DNA from: Terriglobia bacterium
GTDB taxonomy: Bacteria; Acidobacteriota; Terriglobia; 20CM-2-55-15
Length of the DNA: 64,000 nt
Assembly: GCA_965198265.1 (NCBI GenBank)
Contig: CBDAPB010000032.1
Span: 2,557 to 66,556 of the forward strand
Direction of reading: 5' to 3'
Position numbers and translations under genes: made by a program. A model generated the notes under the pieces. It saw only the letters and a list, made by a program, of their open reading frames with translations. It was not told the DNA's origin and did not search any database. Below, one piece after another: positions 18,641-26,647 of the stretch; within the stretch, counting starts at the first letter, position 1, and each line of letters opens with the position of its first letter.

Positions 18641-18650
18641 CTAGTTCGTT

Positions 18651-18691
18651 CAGTAGTCAGTAGTCAGTAGTCAGTAGTCGGTAGTCAGTTG
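18651..18691. repeat. GTAGTCA heptamer array (x5) ending GTCAGTTG
   Basis: The sequence cagtagtcagtagtcagtagtcagtagtcggtagtcagttg supplies the stop codon of the first four-helix-bundle gene. Confidence 0.55.
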
Positions 18692-19032
18692 TCGGAACCG
18701 CTACTCGACAGAGCTCGGCGTAGCCCGGCCAGCATCTTTCGCAATTCCGCAGCCGCATCGCGGACCTTCTCAACTTCCCTGGCACCGCAGAACCCAAGCT
18801 CCTCGCTCAAGACAAGTTGTGTGTCGATTTCGGCAACGGAACCTTGAGCGCATGAAATGAAGCGAATGAATTCGCCCTTCTGGTGCCGGGCTTGACCTTC
18901 GGCGACGTTGGAAGGAATTGAAACGGCCGCCCGCCTCAACTGCATTACCAGGCCAAATCTCTCATGTTTCGGAAATCCGCCTGTAAGTTCATAGACGCAT
19001 TTGGCCAGTTCGACTGACTTCTGCCAAACCAC
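18685..19032 (-). CDS. four-helix-bundle protein (TIGR02436 / 23S rRNA-intervening-sequence protein family), copy 1
   Basis: It matches the family pattern (VWQKSVELAKCVYELTGGFPKHERFGLVMQLRRAAVSIPSNVAEGQAR). The track start is a GTG and the true start is uncertain. Confidence 0.7.
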   Translation of the reverse strand: MVWQKSVELAKCVYELTGGFPKHERFGLVMQLRRAAVSIPSNVAEGQARHQKGEFIRFISCAQGSVAEIDTQLVLSEELGFCGAREVEKVRDAAAELRKMLAGLRRALSSSGSDN

Positions 19033-19086
19033 CAGATCTCGATAGCTCTTCGGGAACGAACTAGGCAGTCGAACTGCCTTGTTCGT

Positions 19087-19497
19087 TCAGTAGTCAGTAG
19101 TCGGTAGTCGGTAGTCAGTTGGGGAATCGCTCTTCGACAGGGCTCTGCGCAATCCTGCTAGCATCTTTCTTAGTTCCTGTACCGAATCAAAGATGTCACG
19201 GACCTCTTCCGGCCGGCAGAAACCCAGTTTCGTGCTCAGTACCAGCTGTGTGTCGATTTCGGCTACAGATCCCTGCGCGTAGGAGACAAACCGAATGAAC
19301 TCTCCCTTCTTACGCCGTGCCTGACCCTCCGCGATGTTCGATGAAACGGAGACGGCCGCGCGTCGTAACTGCATTATCAGGCCAAATCTCTCTTGTCTCG
19401 GAAATCCACCCGTCAGTTCATAGACTCGCTTTGCCAGTTCGAGTGATTTCTGCCACACGAGCAGATCTCGATAGCTCTTCGACTTGTAATCGGTCAA
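19087..19497 (-). CDS. four-helix-bundle protein (TIGR02436 family), copy 2
   Basis: It is a paralog of copy 1 at about 70% identity. The track start is a TTG. The C-terminal tail ...PTDYRLPTTDY* is encoded by the heptamer repeats. Confidence 0.7.
   Translation of the reverse strand: MTDYKSKSYRDLLVWQKSLELAKRVYELTGGFPRQERFGLIMQLRRAAVSVSSNIAEGQARRKKGEFIRFVSYAQGSVAEIDTQLVLSTKLGFCRPEEVRDIFDSVQELRKMLAGLRRALSKSDSPTDYRLPTTDY
19088..19121. repeat. GTAGTCA / GTAGTCG heptamer array ending GTCAGTTG
   Basis: The sequence cagtagtcagtagtcggtagtcggtagtcagttg overlaps the 3' end of four-helix-bundle copy 2. Confidence 0.55.
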
Positions 19498-19562
19498 GAA
19501 AGTGGTCTCAAAAAAAGGGCGGGCAAGAGCCAGTCTACTTCAAAGCAACAACGCTTCGCCAC

Positions 19563-19594
19563 AACTGACTACTGACTACTGGCAACTGACTACT
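19563..19594. repeat. heptamer array in the opposite orientation (CAACTGACTACTGACTACTGGCAACTGACTAC)
   Basis: It is the reverse complement of the GTAGTCA...CAGTTG arrays. It lies between the dehydrogenase stop and the upstream side of four-helix-bundle copy 2. Confidence 0.5.
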
Positions 19595-19597
19595 TCC

Positions 19598-20584
19598 CTA
19601 ATATCCCCTAACCTTGTCCACCTGATTGAGCAAGCCTCGACCGTCGCGGAATCGTCCGATGTTGTCAATGAACATGTCGGTGATGCGGCGCCACATTTCC
19701 GGAGAGGTACCCGCCACGTGAGGGGTCAGGATGAGGTTCTTCGTCGTGAAGAGAGGATGGCCGTCGGGAAGCGGATCCGGGACGAAGACGTCGAGGCCGG
19801 CTCCCGCAATCTGCTCACTCTCCAGGGCGGCGATCAGGGCGTCCTGGTCGACGATCTCGCCGCGGGCCAGGTTGATCAGAAAGGAAGTCGGCTTCATCCG
19901 CTCGAACTGGCGCGCTCCGATCATGTTCTCGGTTTCACCGGTCAGTGGAGCGGCAATGACTAGATAGTCGATTTCAGACAGGTGGTCATCGAGCTCATCC
20001 GGTGTGTAGAGCACATCGGCGAGTTCCGAAGCTTCCCTGGTATCACTCTTGAAACCGATCACTCGCATGTCGAAGCTGCGCGCCCGGCGGGCCACCTCGA
20101 CTCCGATCGCTCCAAAGCCAACCACGCCCAGTGTCTTGCCACCCAGCCCTTCAAACGACGGAACGCGACCGAAAATTTCGGAACGTCCCCAGACAGCCTT
20201 GCGCTGAAAATCCATGCAGTCGTGCAGGCGTCGCGAGAAAGCGAGCATCAACCCCATCGCGTGCTCGCCCATGATGGGCGGATGGACGCCCTTTGAATTC
20301 GAGACAACAACGTCGCTGTCAACGACGGGAGGAATCAAGATGAAGGTCAGGCCCGCCATCCCGGTGTGGATCCACTTGAGTTTGCGCGCTGAACGGAACG
20401 CCTCCTCATTGACCATCCATGTCATGAGGACGTCGGCATCAACGATCTCGTCCGGGATCCGTTCGGCAGACGTCAGCCGAACGAATTCGATGTCCGGAAA
20501 GGCCTCGACCACTTCCTCGGCGCACCACTGCGGCATGGTCCAGGCAGGGAATTCAGAGTGGAAGCAGGTCGATAGAATTTTCAT
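19598..20584 (-). CDS. D-isomer-specific 2-hydroxyacid dehydrogenase, NAD-binding
   Basis: It has the NAD-binding motif GVVGFGAIG and the catalytic region of this family (328 aa). Confidence 0.8.
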   Translation of the reverse strand: MKILSTCFHSEFPAWTMPQWCAEEVVEAFPDIEFVRLTSAERIPDEIVDADVLMTWMVNEEAFRSARKLKWIHTGMAGLTFILIPPVVDSDVVVSNSKGVHPPIMGEHAMGLMLAFSRRLHDCMDFQRKAVWGRSEIFGRVPSFEGLGGKTLGVVGFGAIGVEVARRARSFDMRVIGFKSDTREASELADVLYTPDELDDHLSEIDYLVIAAPLTGETENMIGARQFERMKPTSFLINLARGEIVDQDALIAALESEQIAGAGLDVFVPDPLPDGHPLFTTKNLILTPHVAGTSPEMWRRITDMFIDNIGRFRDGRGLLNQVDKVRGY

Positions 20585-20622
20585 CGGCGCGAGATTGTAA
20601 CATAATGATTTAATGTGGAGTT

Positions 20623-20651
20623 GTCAGTAGTCTGTAGTCTGTAGTCAGTTG
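20623..20651. repeat. GTAGTCT / GTAGTCA heptamer array ending GTCAGTTG
   Basis: The sequence gtcagtagtctgtagtctgtagtcagttg lies in the divergent region between the dehydrogenase and the MEMO1-like gene. Confidence 0.5.
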
Positions 20652-20672
20652 ATCCGGACCAACGATAGGAGC

Positions 20673-21482
20673 ATGCATACACGGACTCCAGCCGTCGCCG
20701 GGCAGTTCTATCCGGCAGATCAGAAAGCCCTCGAGGAAGCGCTTCGGGGTTTCATCAGCGAGTCCCAGGCTCGCCTGGCGGCGCGAGGCGTCGTCGTTCC
20801 CCACGCCGGTTATGTTTACTCGGGCCATGTTGCCGGAGCGGTGTATTCCCGGTTGCGACTGCCGGGTCGCTACATCATCCTCTGCCCGAACCACACCGGG
20901 CGGGGCACGCCTCTGTCGATCATGAGCGCGGGCGCGTGGAAAACGCCCCTGGGCGACGTTCCGATCGATTCACCCCTGGCGGGGTTGCTATGCTCGATGA
21001 ACCCGGAACTTCGCGAGGACCGCTCGGCCCACGAGTTCGAACACGCCCTCGAAGTCCAGCTGCCCTTCCTTCAGTTCCTCGCTTCCGGCGAGATCCGATT
21101 CGTGCCCATCACTGTCGGGACCTCAGACATCGGCACGCTCACACGGCTTGGGAACGCGATGGCAGAGGCAATCGAACAGGCAGGCGAGGAAGTTCTCATC
21201 GTTGCGTCCAGCGACATGAACCACTACGAACCCGACGCGATAACGCGAGTCAAGGATCGGAAAGCAATCGAGCGGATGCTCGCCCGTGACGCGGAGGGAC
21301 TCCACGAAGTTGTCACACGCGAACAGATTTCCATGTGCGGATTCGCCCCGACAACGTCGATGCTGATCGCAGGTAATCAACTCGGCGCGACCCAGGCCGA
21401 ACTGGTCAAGTACGCCACGTCGGGCGACATCTTCGGCGATCGTGAACGCGTTGTCGGCTACGCCGGTGTGATCGTTTCCTAG
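20673..21482 (+). CDS. MEMO1-family protein (AmmeMemoRadiSam system protein B-like)
   Basis: The N-terminus MHTRTPAVAGQFYPADQKALEEAL and the H-rich motif VVPHAGYVYSG match the family. The ATG at 20673 is preceded by the SD gataggagc; the track ORF starts at an upstream TTG. Confidence 0.75.
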   Translation: MHTRTPAVAGQFYPADQKALEEALRGFISESQARLAARGVVVPHAGYVYSGHVAGAVYSRLRLPGRYIILCPNHTGRGTPLSIMSAGAWKTPLGDVPIDSPLAGLLCSMNPELREDRSAHEFEHALEVQLPFLQFLASGEIRFVPITVGTSDIGTLTRLGNAMAEAIEQAGEEVLIVASSDMNHYEPDAITRVKDRKAIERMLARDAEGLHEVVTREQISMCGFAPTTSMLIAGNQLGATQAELVKYATSGDIFGDRERVVGYAGVIVS

Positions 21483-21493
21483 TTCGTTTTTTT

Positions 21494-21647
21494 CACCGCA
21501 AAGGCGCAAAGACGCGAAGATCTTCTTCGCGCATGGGACTGCCGACCCTTCGTCCGCCGTGAGTGATACCCGCCTAGGCGAGAACCAGCTCTCATTGAGC
21601 TCTGGTAGCTAGGGGCTTTTCCTTTGCGTCTTTGCGCCTTTGCGGTG
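21494..21647. mobile_element. MITE-like element: 154 bp bounded by 22-bp perfect terminal inverted repeats
   Basis: CACCGCAAAGGCGCAAAGACGC at 21494-21515 is the exact reverse complement of 21626-21647. The interior is non-coding and contains the palindrome gaagatcttcttc. Confidence 0.4.
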
Positions 21648-21682
21648 AGATCCGACGCTTCTCAGGAACCGATCTGAGGCAG

Positions 21683-22390
21683 CTAGCGTGGGCTGGGAGG
21701 AGGATTTACCGGGGCAGGTGGATCGATGCCGATTTCGAAGCCGTATTGTGGGTCGGTTACGAATATTTCAGGTGTGATCCAGTCCGTTGGATAGACGAAG
21801 GGAGGCGACATGTAGCCTTCCAGGGAACCGGCACGGTATAAGCGGGCCGGGCGGGCGTTGCTTCCCCGGAACACAAGCAACGACGGCTCCACGTTGGCCG
21901 CTTCGAGGCCGCCGGAAGCCACGTAAACTGTCACTTTGTCCCCCTCCACGCCGAACTCCGCCTCAGCCGGCAACTCCGAAAGTGTAAAGTCTCCGGCCGG
22001 TGTCTCAATTCGGATAGGGCCAAGGCCGGACCGCGCGCGCAAAGACCCACTCTCGAGTCTGACGGCAGCCATCACGTCCAACCCGCCGAGCGCGCTCATC
22101 GTCACTGCTGAACGCTCCCCGAGCGTGACCCGGGAACCACCCTCAAAGGCAACCACTGCAAATGACGCCGATCCGGTCCGGACGGTATCTCCCTCGCCGA
22201 GGGATGCGCCGGGAGATCCGGCGCCGTCATCGGAGCGTTCAATCTCTACGGCAGCACCACGGGCAACGATCGACGGAAACGTCTGGGAGTAGCCCCAGGC
22301 GGGCAAGAGCAGCGCAATCGTCCCTGGCAAAAGCAGGGCAATCGTCCCTGGCAAGAGCAGGGAAATCGTGAGTGTGATGACTCGACTCAT
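21683..22390 (-). CDS. secreted protein, FecR-domain-like
   Basis: It has a signal peptide. The pattern GDTVRTGSASFAVVAFEGGSRVTLGERSAVTM resembles the FecR fold, but the match is weak. Confidence 0.45.
   Translation of the reverse strand: MSRVITLTISLLLPGTIALLLPGTIALLLPAWGYSQTFPSIVARGAAVEIERSDDGAGSPGASLGEGDTVRTGSASFAVVAFEGGSRVTLGERSAVTMSALGGLDVMAAVRLESGSLRARSGLGPIRIETPAGDFTLSELPAEAEFGVEGDKVTVYVASGGLEAANVEPSLLVFRGSNARPARLYRAGSLEGYMSPPFVYPTDWITPEIFVTDPQYGFEIGIDPPAPVNPPPSPR
22304..22371 (-). repeat. 24-bp tandem repeat (about 2.8 copies) inside the signal-peptide coding region
   Basis: The DNA ggcaagagcagcgcaatcgtccct / ggcaaaagcagggcaatcgtccct / ggcaagagcagggaaatcgt encodes ISLLLPGT-IALLLPGT-IALLLPAW. 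Confidence 0.7.
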
Positions 22391-22395
22391 GACAT

Positions 22396-23016
22396 TCAGT
22401 CGCTTCCTTCGATCTGCCTCTTCAGACGCGTAGCCGTCTCTCGTGCGAAATTCAGGAGCCTGCGGTCGCCCGCGATCCGGTCGAGCACCGGAATCAAACG
22501 CTTCGCGTCCGCGACACGTCTGGCTCTCAGATCCTTCTCGATCTGCTCGAGTTTCTTCGGAATCGCAAGTCGGTCGAACTGGAGCGCCACGTCGATGTCG
22601 AACATGAGCAACTCCTGAGCGATCAGCCGGTCGAAAAACGTAACGAGCTTCGTTACTTCGCGGCGCGTCGAGAAATTGAATTCCGCTTCCCGCACGCCAG
22701 TCGGACCGGTGAGCGTCAACTTCTTCGCGCCGAGGTTTGCCACGTTGCGGCCCGACTCGTAGTCCGCTCCCTCGGCAAGGTAGTCGGTATCTGCGAGCAG
22801 TTTGACGAACTCCGCCGCGACGTCGGCCGACAGCTCGACCTCTACTTCTATTAGATCGGCATCTCGCGGGATGAACTTGAAGGATCCTTTACCTGCCGGA
22901 TCGAGTTCAAAACACTGGAGTTCCCAGGGACCCCGATTCTCGACACAATAACTGAAAGTTGCGAAATTACTCTGGGGCAGGAGAAACAGGAGAGCGATGA
23001 AAACAGCGTTACTCAT
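22396..23016 (-). CDS. hypothetical secreted protein
   Basis: The 206-aa ORF has an N-terminal signal-like segment and overlaps the ruvC stop by 8 nt. No recognisable family. Confidence 0.5.
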   Translation of the reverse strand: MSNAVFIALLFLLPQSNFATFSYCVENRGPWELQCFELDPAGKGSFKFIPRDADLIEVEVELSADVAAEFVKLLADTDYLAEGADYESGRNVANLGAKKLTLTGPTGVREAEFNFSTRREVTKLVTFFDRLIAQELLMFDIDVALQFDRLAIPKKLEQIEKDLRARRVADAKRLIPVLDRIAGDRRLLNFARETATRLKRQIEGSD

Positions 23017-23506
23017 GGGCCGCCGTCGCCTGCTCGTATCGGTAGCTCTGGGCGTGGCATATCGCCACGGCGAGAGCGTCGGACGCGTCGTGGGGTTCCG
23101 GCGCCACGCGCAACCGTAGTAGAGACCGGACCATCTGCTGCACCTGTGATTTCTCAGCCCGGCCGTATCCGGTCACGGCGCTCTTGACCTCCAGCGCCGA
23201 ATACTCAAACACGGGCAGGTTGGCTTCAGCGGCAGTGAACATCGAAACTCCTCGGACATGCCCCAGCTTCAAAGCACTCTGGGCATTTGCGGCGTGAAAC
23301 ACGCTCTCGAACGCGACGACGTCCGGCGACTGCTTTTGGATCACCTCTGCGAGCGAGCGGTGGATCGCCCGCAGCCGCTCGGCGAGAGAGGCGGAAGCGC
23401 GGAGGCGGATCGCGCCGCAATCGACGAAGCCGTAGTCGGCACCCTTGGTTTCGATGATCCCGTAGCCGGTCACCCTCGAACCGCAATCCACTCCAAGAAT
23501 CCGCAT
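23009..23506 (-). CDS. ruvC: crossover junction endodeoxyribonuclease RuvC
   Basis: The N-terminus MRILGVDCGSRVTGYGII and the acidic catalytic residues are present (165 aa). It lies downstream of yebC, as in many bacteria. Confidence 0.9.
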   Translation of the reverse strand: MRILGVDCGSRVTGYGIIETKGADYGFVDCGAIRLRASASLAERLRAIHRSLAEVIQKQSPDVVAFESVFHAANAQSALKLGHVRGVSMFTAAEANLPVFEYSALEVKSAVTGYGRAEKSQVQQMVRSLLRLRVAPEPHDASDALAVAICHAQSYRYEQATAAHE

Positions 23507-23550
23507 TTCCCGTTCGTCCCCCGGGAGGGTGCCGGCAATGCCGGATCGGT

Positions 23551-24297
23551 TTACATCACTCCAGCCAATTCCGACTCTTCGATGTCGAAATTCGCGTGTA
23601 CGTTCTGCACGTCGTCGTGATCTTCGAGAGCATCCATCAGCCTGATCATCTGCTGGGCGGGTTTGCCTTCGAGCTTCACGTAGTTCTGGGGCACCATCGA
23701 GACTTCCGCCGTCGTCGGCTCGAGGCCTTTCCCCTTCAGCTCAGCAAGAACACCATCGAATGATTCCGGCGCAGTCATGATTTCGTAGTTCCCGCCCTGA
23801 GTCGAAAAGTCCTCCGCCCCGGCTTCGATCGCAACGTTCATCGCGTCGTCTTCGCCGAGTCCCTGGGTCGGGATGAGGATGTAACCCCGCTTGGTGAACA
23901 TCCACGCGACACATCCGTTCTCACCCAGGTTCCCACCGTACTTGTCGAAGACGTGGCGAAGCTCGCTCACTGTCCTGTTCCGATTGTCGGTCAGCACCTC
24001 GACCATGACCGCAACGCCGCCGGGCCCGTATCCTTCGTATGAGATCTCTTCGATCGAGCTGCCGGCGAGTTCTCCCGTGCCCTTCATGACAGCACGCTTG
24101 ATGTTGTCGGCGGGCATGTTCATCCCCTTGGCGTCGCTGATGGCCTTGCGCAGACGGGCGTTCGCCTCCGGGTCTCCGCCCCCCATCCTGGCAGCGACCG
24201 TGATTTCCTTGATCAGCTTCGTGAACATCTTGCCGCGCTTGGCGTCGGTGGCTGCCTTCTTGTGCTTGATACTGTGCCACTTGGAATGGCCCGACAT
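23551..24297 (-). CDS. yebC: YebC/PmpR-family transcriptional regulator
   Basis: The sequence MSGHSKWHSIKHKKAATDAKRGKMFTKL... is the canonical N-terminus of this family. Start taken at the internal ATG of the track ORF. Confidence 0.85.
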   Translation of the reverse strand: MSGHSKWHSIKHKKAATDAKRGKMFTKLIKEITVAARMGGGDPEANARLRKAISDAKGMNMPADNIKRAVMKGTGELAGSSIEEISYEGYGPGGVAVMVEVLTDNRNRTVSELRHVFDKYGGNLGENGCVAWMFTKRGYILIPTQGLGEDDAMNVAIEAGAEDFSTQGGNYEIMTAPESFDGVLAELKGKGLEPTTAEVSMVPQNYVKLEGKPAQQMIRLMDALEDHDDVQNVHANFDIEESELAGVM

Positions 24298-24438
24298 GAG
24301 TTTCTCCTTACGAAACCAGCAAATTGTCACCAGTTTAGCACAGGGCGTAGGGGACGAATATTGGTGGGGCAGAAGAGGTTACAGGGGCTGGATTGCACGG
24401 GCGGTTCGCTGTTCCGCCCGTGCTCGAATTCGGAGAAT

Positions 24439-25326
24439 CTATCCCGGCCCAGGCCCCTTCTTCTTTTTGGCGGCGCCGGGTTCGGTCGGCTTATTCGGAT
24501 CCTCGGAGGGGGACTCTTCATCAGTTTCCGGGTCTTCCTCATCGACCTCGTCACCGAAAGTCAGCTGCACGTCCGCGCCGAACTGTTTATAGTCTTCGTA
24601 CTTGATGACCTGGCGGATCCGCTTCGATCCCGAAGAGAAATTCAGCGTGTCCACGGCCCGGGTGTAGGTGGGGAACCAGAAAACGCCGTCGATCTGTTCG
24701 CGGTACGTCTCGAACCGGGGAAACAGGTTTTCCTGACCGTCCTTGATGATATCCGGGACCGCCTTGCCGAAGGTCTTGACGATCTGCAGGTCGATGTCGT
24801 CGACCCAGATCTTTCCTTCGAAGTACCGCTCGCCCTCTTCAATAACCTTCGGGCTGACCTGGAATACATAGTTGTCGATCTCGTCGATCAGTTCCTTACC
24901 CAGGTAGGTGACGTTGTAGAGGTGGAGGTCATCGGTCGTCAGGACGAAGGGCTGAATCGAGCGGATGTCTTCGAGATCCTGCGGGGTGATCTGTATGCCC
25001 CTGAGCGTGCTCTGGGGAGCATAGACGATCTTTTCCGTCCGGCGGCCCGGCGACTCGAAGAGGATATCGCTGATGACGTGGTACTCCCCCAGGACGCGGT
25101 TGCGGCTGTCCAGTTCCTGGACTTTCACATCCTGCCTGTAAACGTAGTTGCCACGAGCCAGCCGGAACTGGGCTTCTTTGGCCGCGAATTTCTGGATGAT
25201 CTCCGAGACAGGAATCGGGGGCTGCTCATCGCGAAGTCCGCCCTCCTGCGCCAACGCCTCTGACACGGCCACGGCCGAAATCAGCAAGAAGCTGAACAGA
25301 AAAGTGGTTAGCCATTTTCGGGACAT
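24439..25326 (-). CDS. hypothetical secreted protein with a charged, low-complexity C-terminal tail
   Basis: Taking the start at MSRKWLTTFLFSFLLISAVAVSEALAQ gives a signal peptide. The C-terminus is DEEDPETDEESPSEDPNKPTEPGAAKKKKGPGPG. Confidence 0.5.
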   Translation of the reverse strand: MSRKWLTTFLFSFLLISAVAVSEALAQEGGLRDEQPPIPVSEIIQKFAAKEAQFRLARGNYVYRQDVKVQELDSRNRVLGEYHVISDILFESPGRRTEKIVYAPQSTLRGIQITPQDLEDIRSIQPFVLTTDDLHLYNVTYLGKELIDEIDNYVFQVSPKVIEEGERYFEGKIWVDDIDLQIVKTFGKAVPDIIKDGQENLFPRFETYREQIDGVFWFPTYTRAVDTLNFSSGSKRIRQVIKYEDYKQFGADVQLTFGDEVDEEDPETDEESPSEDPNKPTEPGAAKKKKGPGPG

Positions 25327-25549
25327 GTTATCTCCGTCTGATTGCGCCGGGCCCACGGCATGTTTCGACCTCACGGTCCCTCGTGGAGCACTGGCCGGCG
25401 AACGCTGTTGATTTAGGGAACCAAACCCAATAGTCTTGCCATTTTAGACGTCGCTCGGCGTTGGAACGTTTAACAATGAATCTTATGGGACATGCCTCCG
25501 CAAAGGCCAGTGATTTCGTCTCTGGGCACGACCGCACCTAACCCACCGA

Positions 25550-26647
25550 ATGAGAGTCCCTTTCTTCGATCTCCGGAGACAGACAGAGCGGATTCGGGAC
25601 GAGCTGAGGGAGGCCGTCATGGGTGTCGTCGACTCCCAGCGGTTCATCCTCGGACCTGCCCTCGACCGGCTGGAAGAAGAGGTGTCCGAGTGGCTTTCCG
25701 TTCGCAACGCCGTCGGAGTCGCGAACGGTTCCGACGCGCTGATGCTGGCGCTGATGGCGGCAAAGATCGGACCGGGTGACGAGGTCATCGTCCCGGCTCT
25801 CTCGTTTTTCTCGTCCGCCTCCTCGGCCGTTCGGATCGGCGCGAAGGTGGTCTTCGCAGACATCGATTTCGCGACATTCCAGATCGACCCGGAAGAAATC
25901 CGCCGCCGCGTGACGCCGCGGACCCGGGCCGTGATCGTCGTCCACCTGTTCGGCGACTGCGCCGAGATGCTTCGCATCCAGGCGTTCGCGGCCGATCACG
26001 GCGTTTTGATCATTGAAGATGTGGCCCAGGCTTTCGGGGCCCGCCACAGAGACCGTCCCGCCGGCACGATGGGTTTCTGCGGCTGCCTCTCCTTCTACCC
26101 CACGAAGAACCTGGCCGCCATCGGAGACGCTGGAATGGTCGTGACCAACGATGACCGCACCGCCGCACAGCTGCGCCTGCTGCGCGCCCACGGTCTGGAG
26201 AACGACTACGAGCACAACGAGCTGGGTATCAACAGCCGCCTGGACTCCCTGCAGGCGGCCGCCCTGTCGGTACGGTTGAAGTATGTCCGCGAGTGGAACG
26301 AAAGACGACGACAGATCGCCAGCCACTACGACGAGGGGCTCACCGGGGTTGTCACGATTCCGTCTCCCTCGGAGCACAACCACGCGGTCTACAATCAGTA
26401 CGTGATCCGAAGCCCGCAGCGGGACGAGTTGAGGGAGTTCCTCCTGGGTCACGGTATCGGGACGGCGCTCTACTACCCGATTCCGCTGCATCTTCAGAGG
26501 AGCCTGTCGCATGTGGGCGGCTCGGAGGGCAACTTTCCTCGCGCCGAAGAAGCCGCACGGACGTGTCTGGCGCTGCCGATCTTCCCCGAGCTCGAGGAAG
26601 AAGAAGTGGATTATGTCATCCAGAAAATCCGAGAATTCTCTTCATGA
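25550..26647 (+). CDS. DegT/DnrJ/EryC1/StrS-family PLP-dependent sugar aminotransferase
   Basis: Family motifs are present (GPGDEVIVPALSF, a conserved Lys region and FYPTKNL) in a 365-aa protein. Confidence 0.85.
   Translation: MRVPFFDLRRQTERIRDELREAVMGVVDSQRFILGPALDRLEEEVSEWLSVRNAVGVANGSDALMLALMAAKIGPGDEVIVPALSFFSSASSAVRIGAKVVFADIDFATFQIDPEEIRRRVTPRTRAVIVVHLFGDCAEMLRIQAFAADHGVLIIEDVAQAFGARHRDRPAGTMGFCGCLSFYPTKNLAAIGDAGMVVTNDDRTAAQLRLLRAHGLENDYEHNELGINSRLDSLQAAALSVRLKYVREWNERRRQIASHYDEGLTGVVTIPSPSEHNHAVYNQYVIRSPQRDELREFLLGHGIGTALYYPIPLHLQRSLSHVGGSEGNFPRAEEAARTCLALPIFPELEEEEVDYVIQKIREFSS

Noticed and set aside
18645-20655. Possibility that the GTAGTCA arrays are a CRISPR array
   Set aside because: The period is 7 nt with no unique spacers, no repeat length of 24-48 nt, and no cas genes. 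They are microsatellite-like arrays, not CRISPR.
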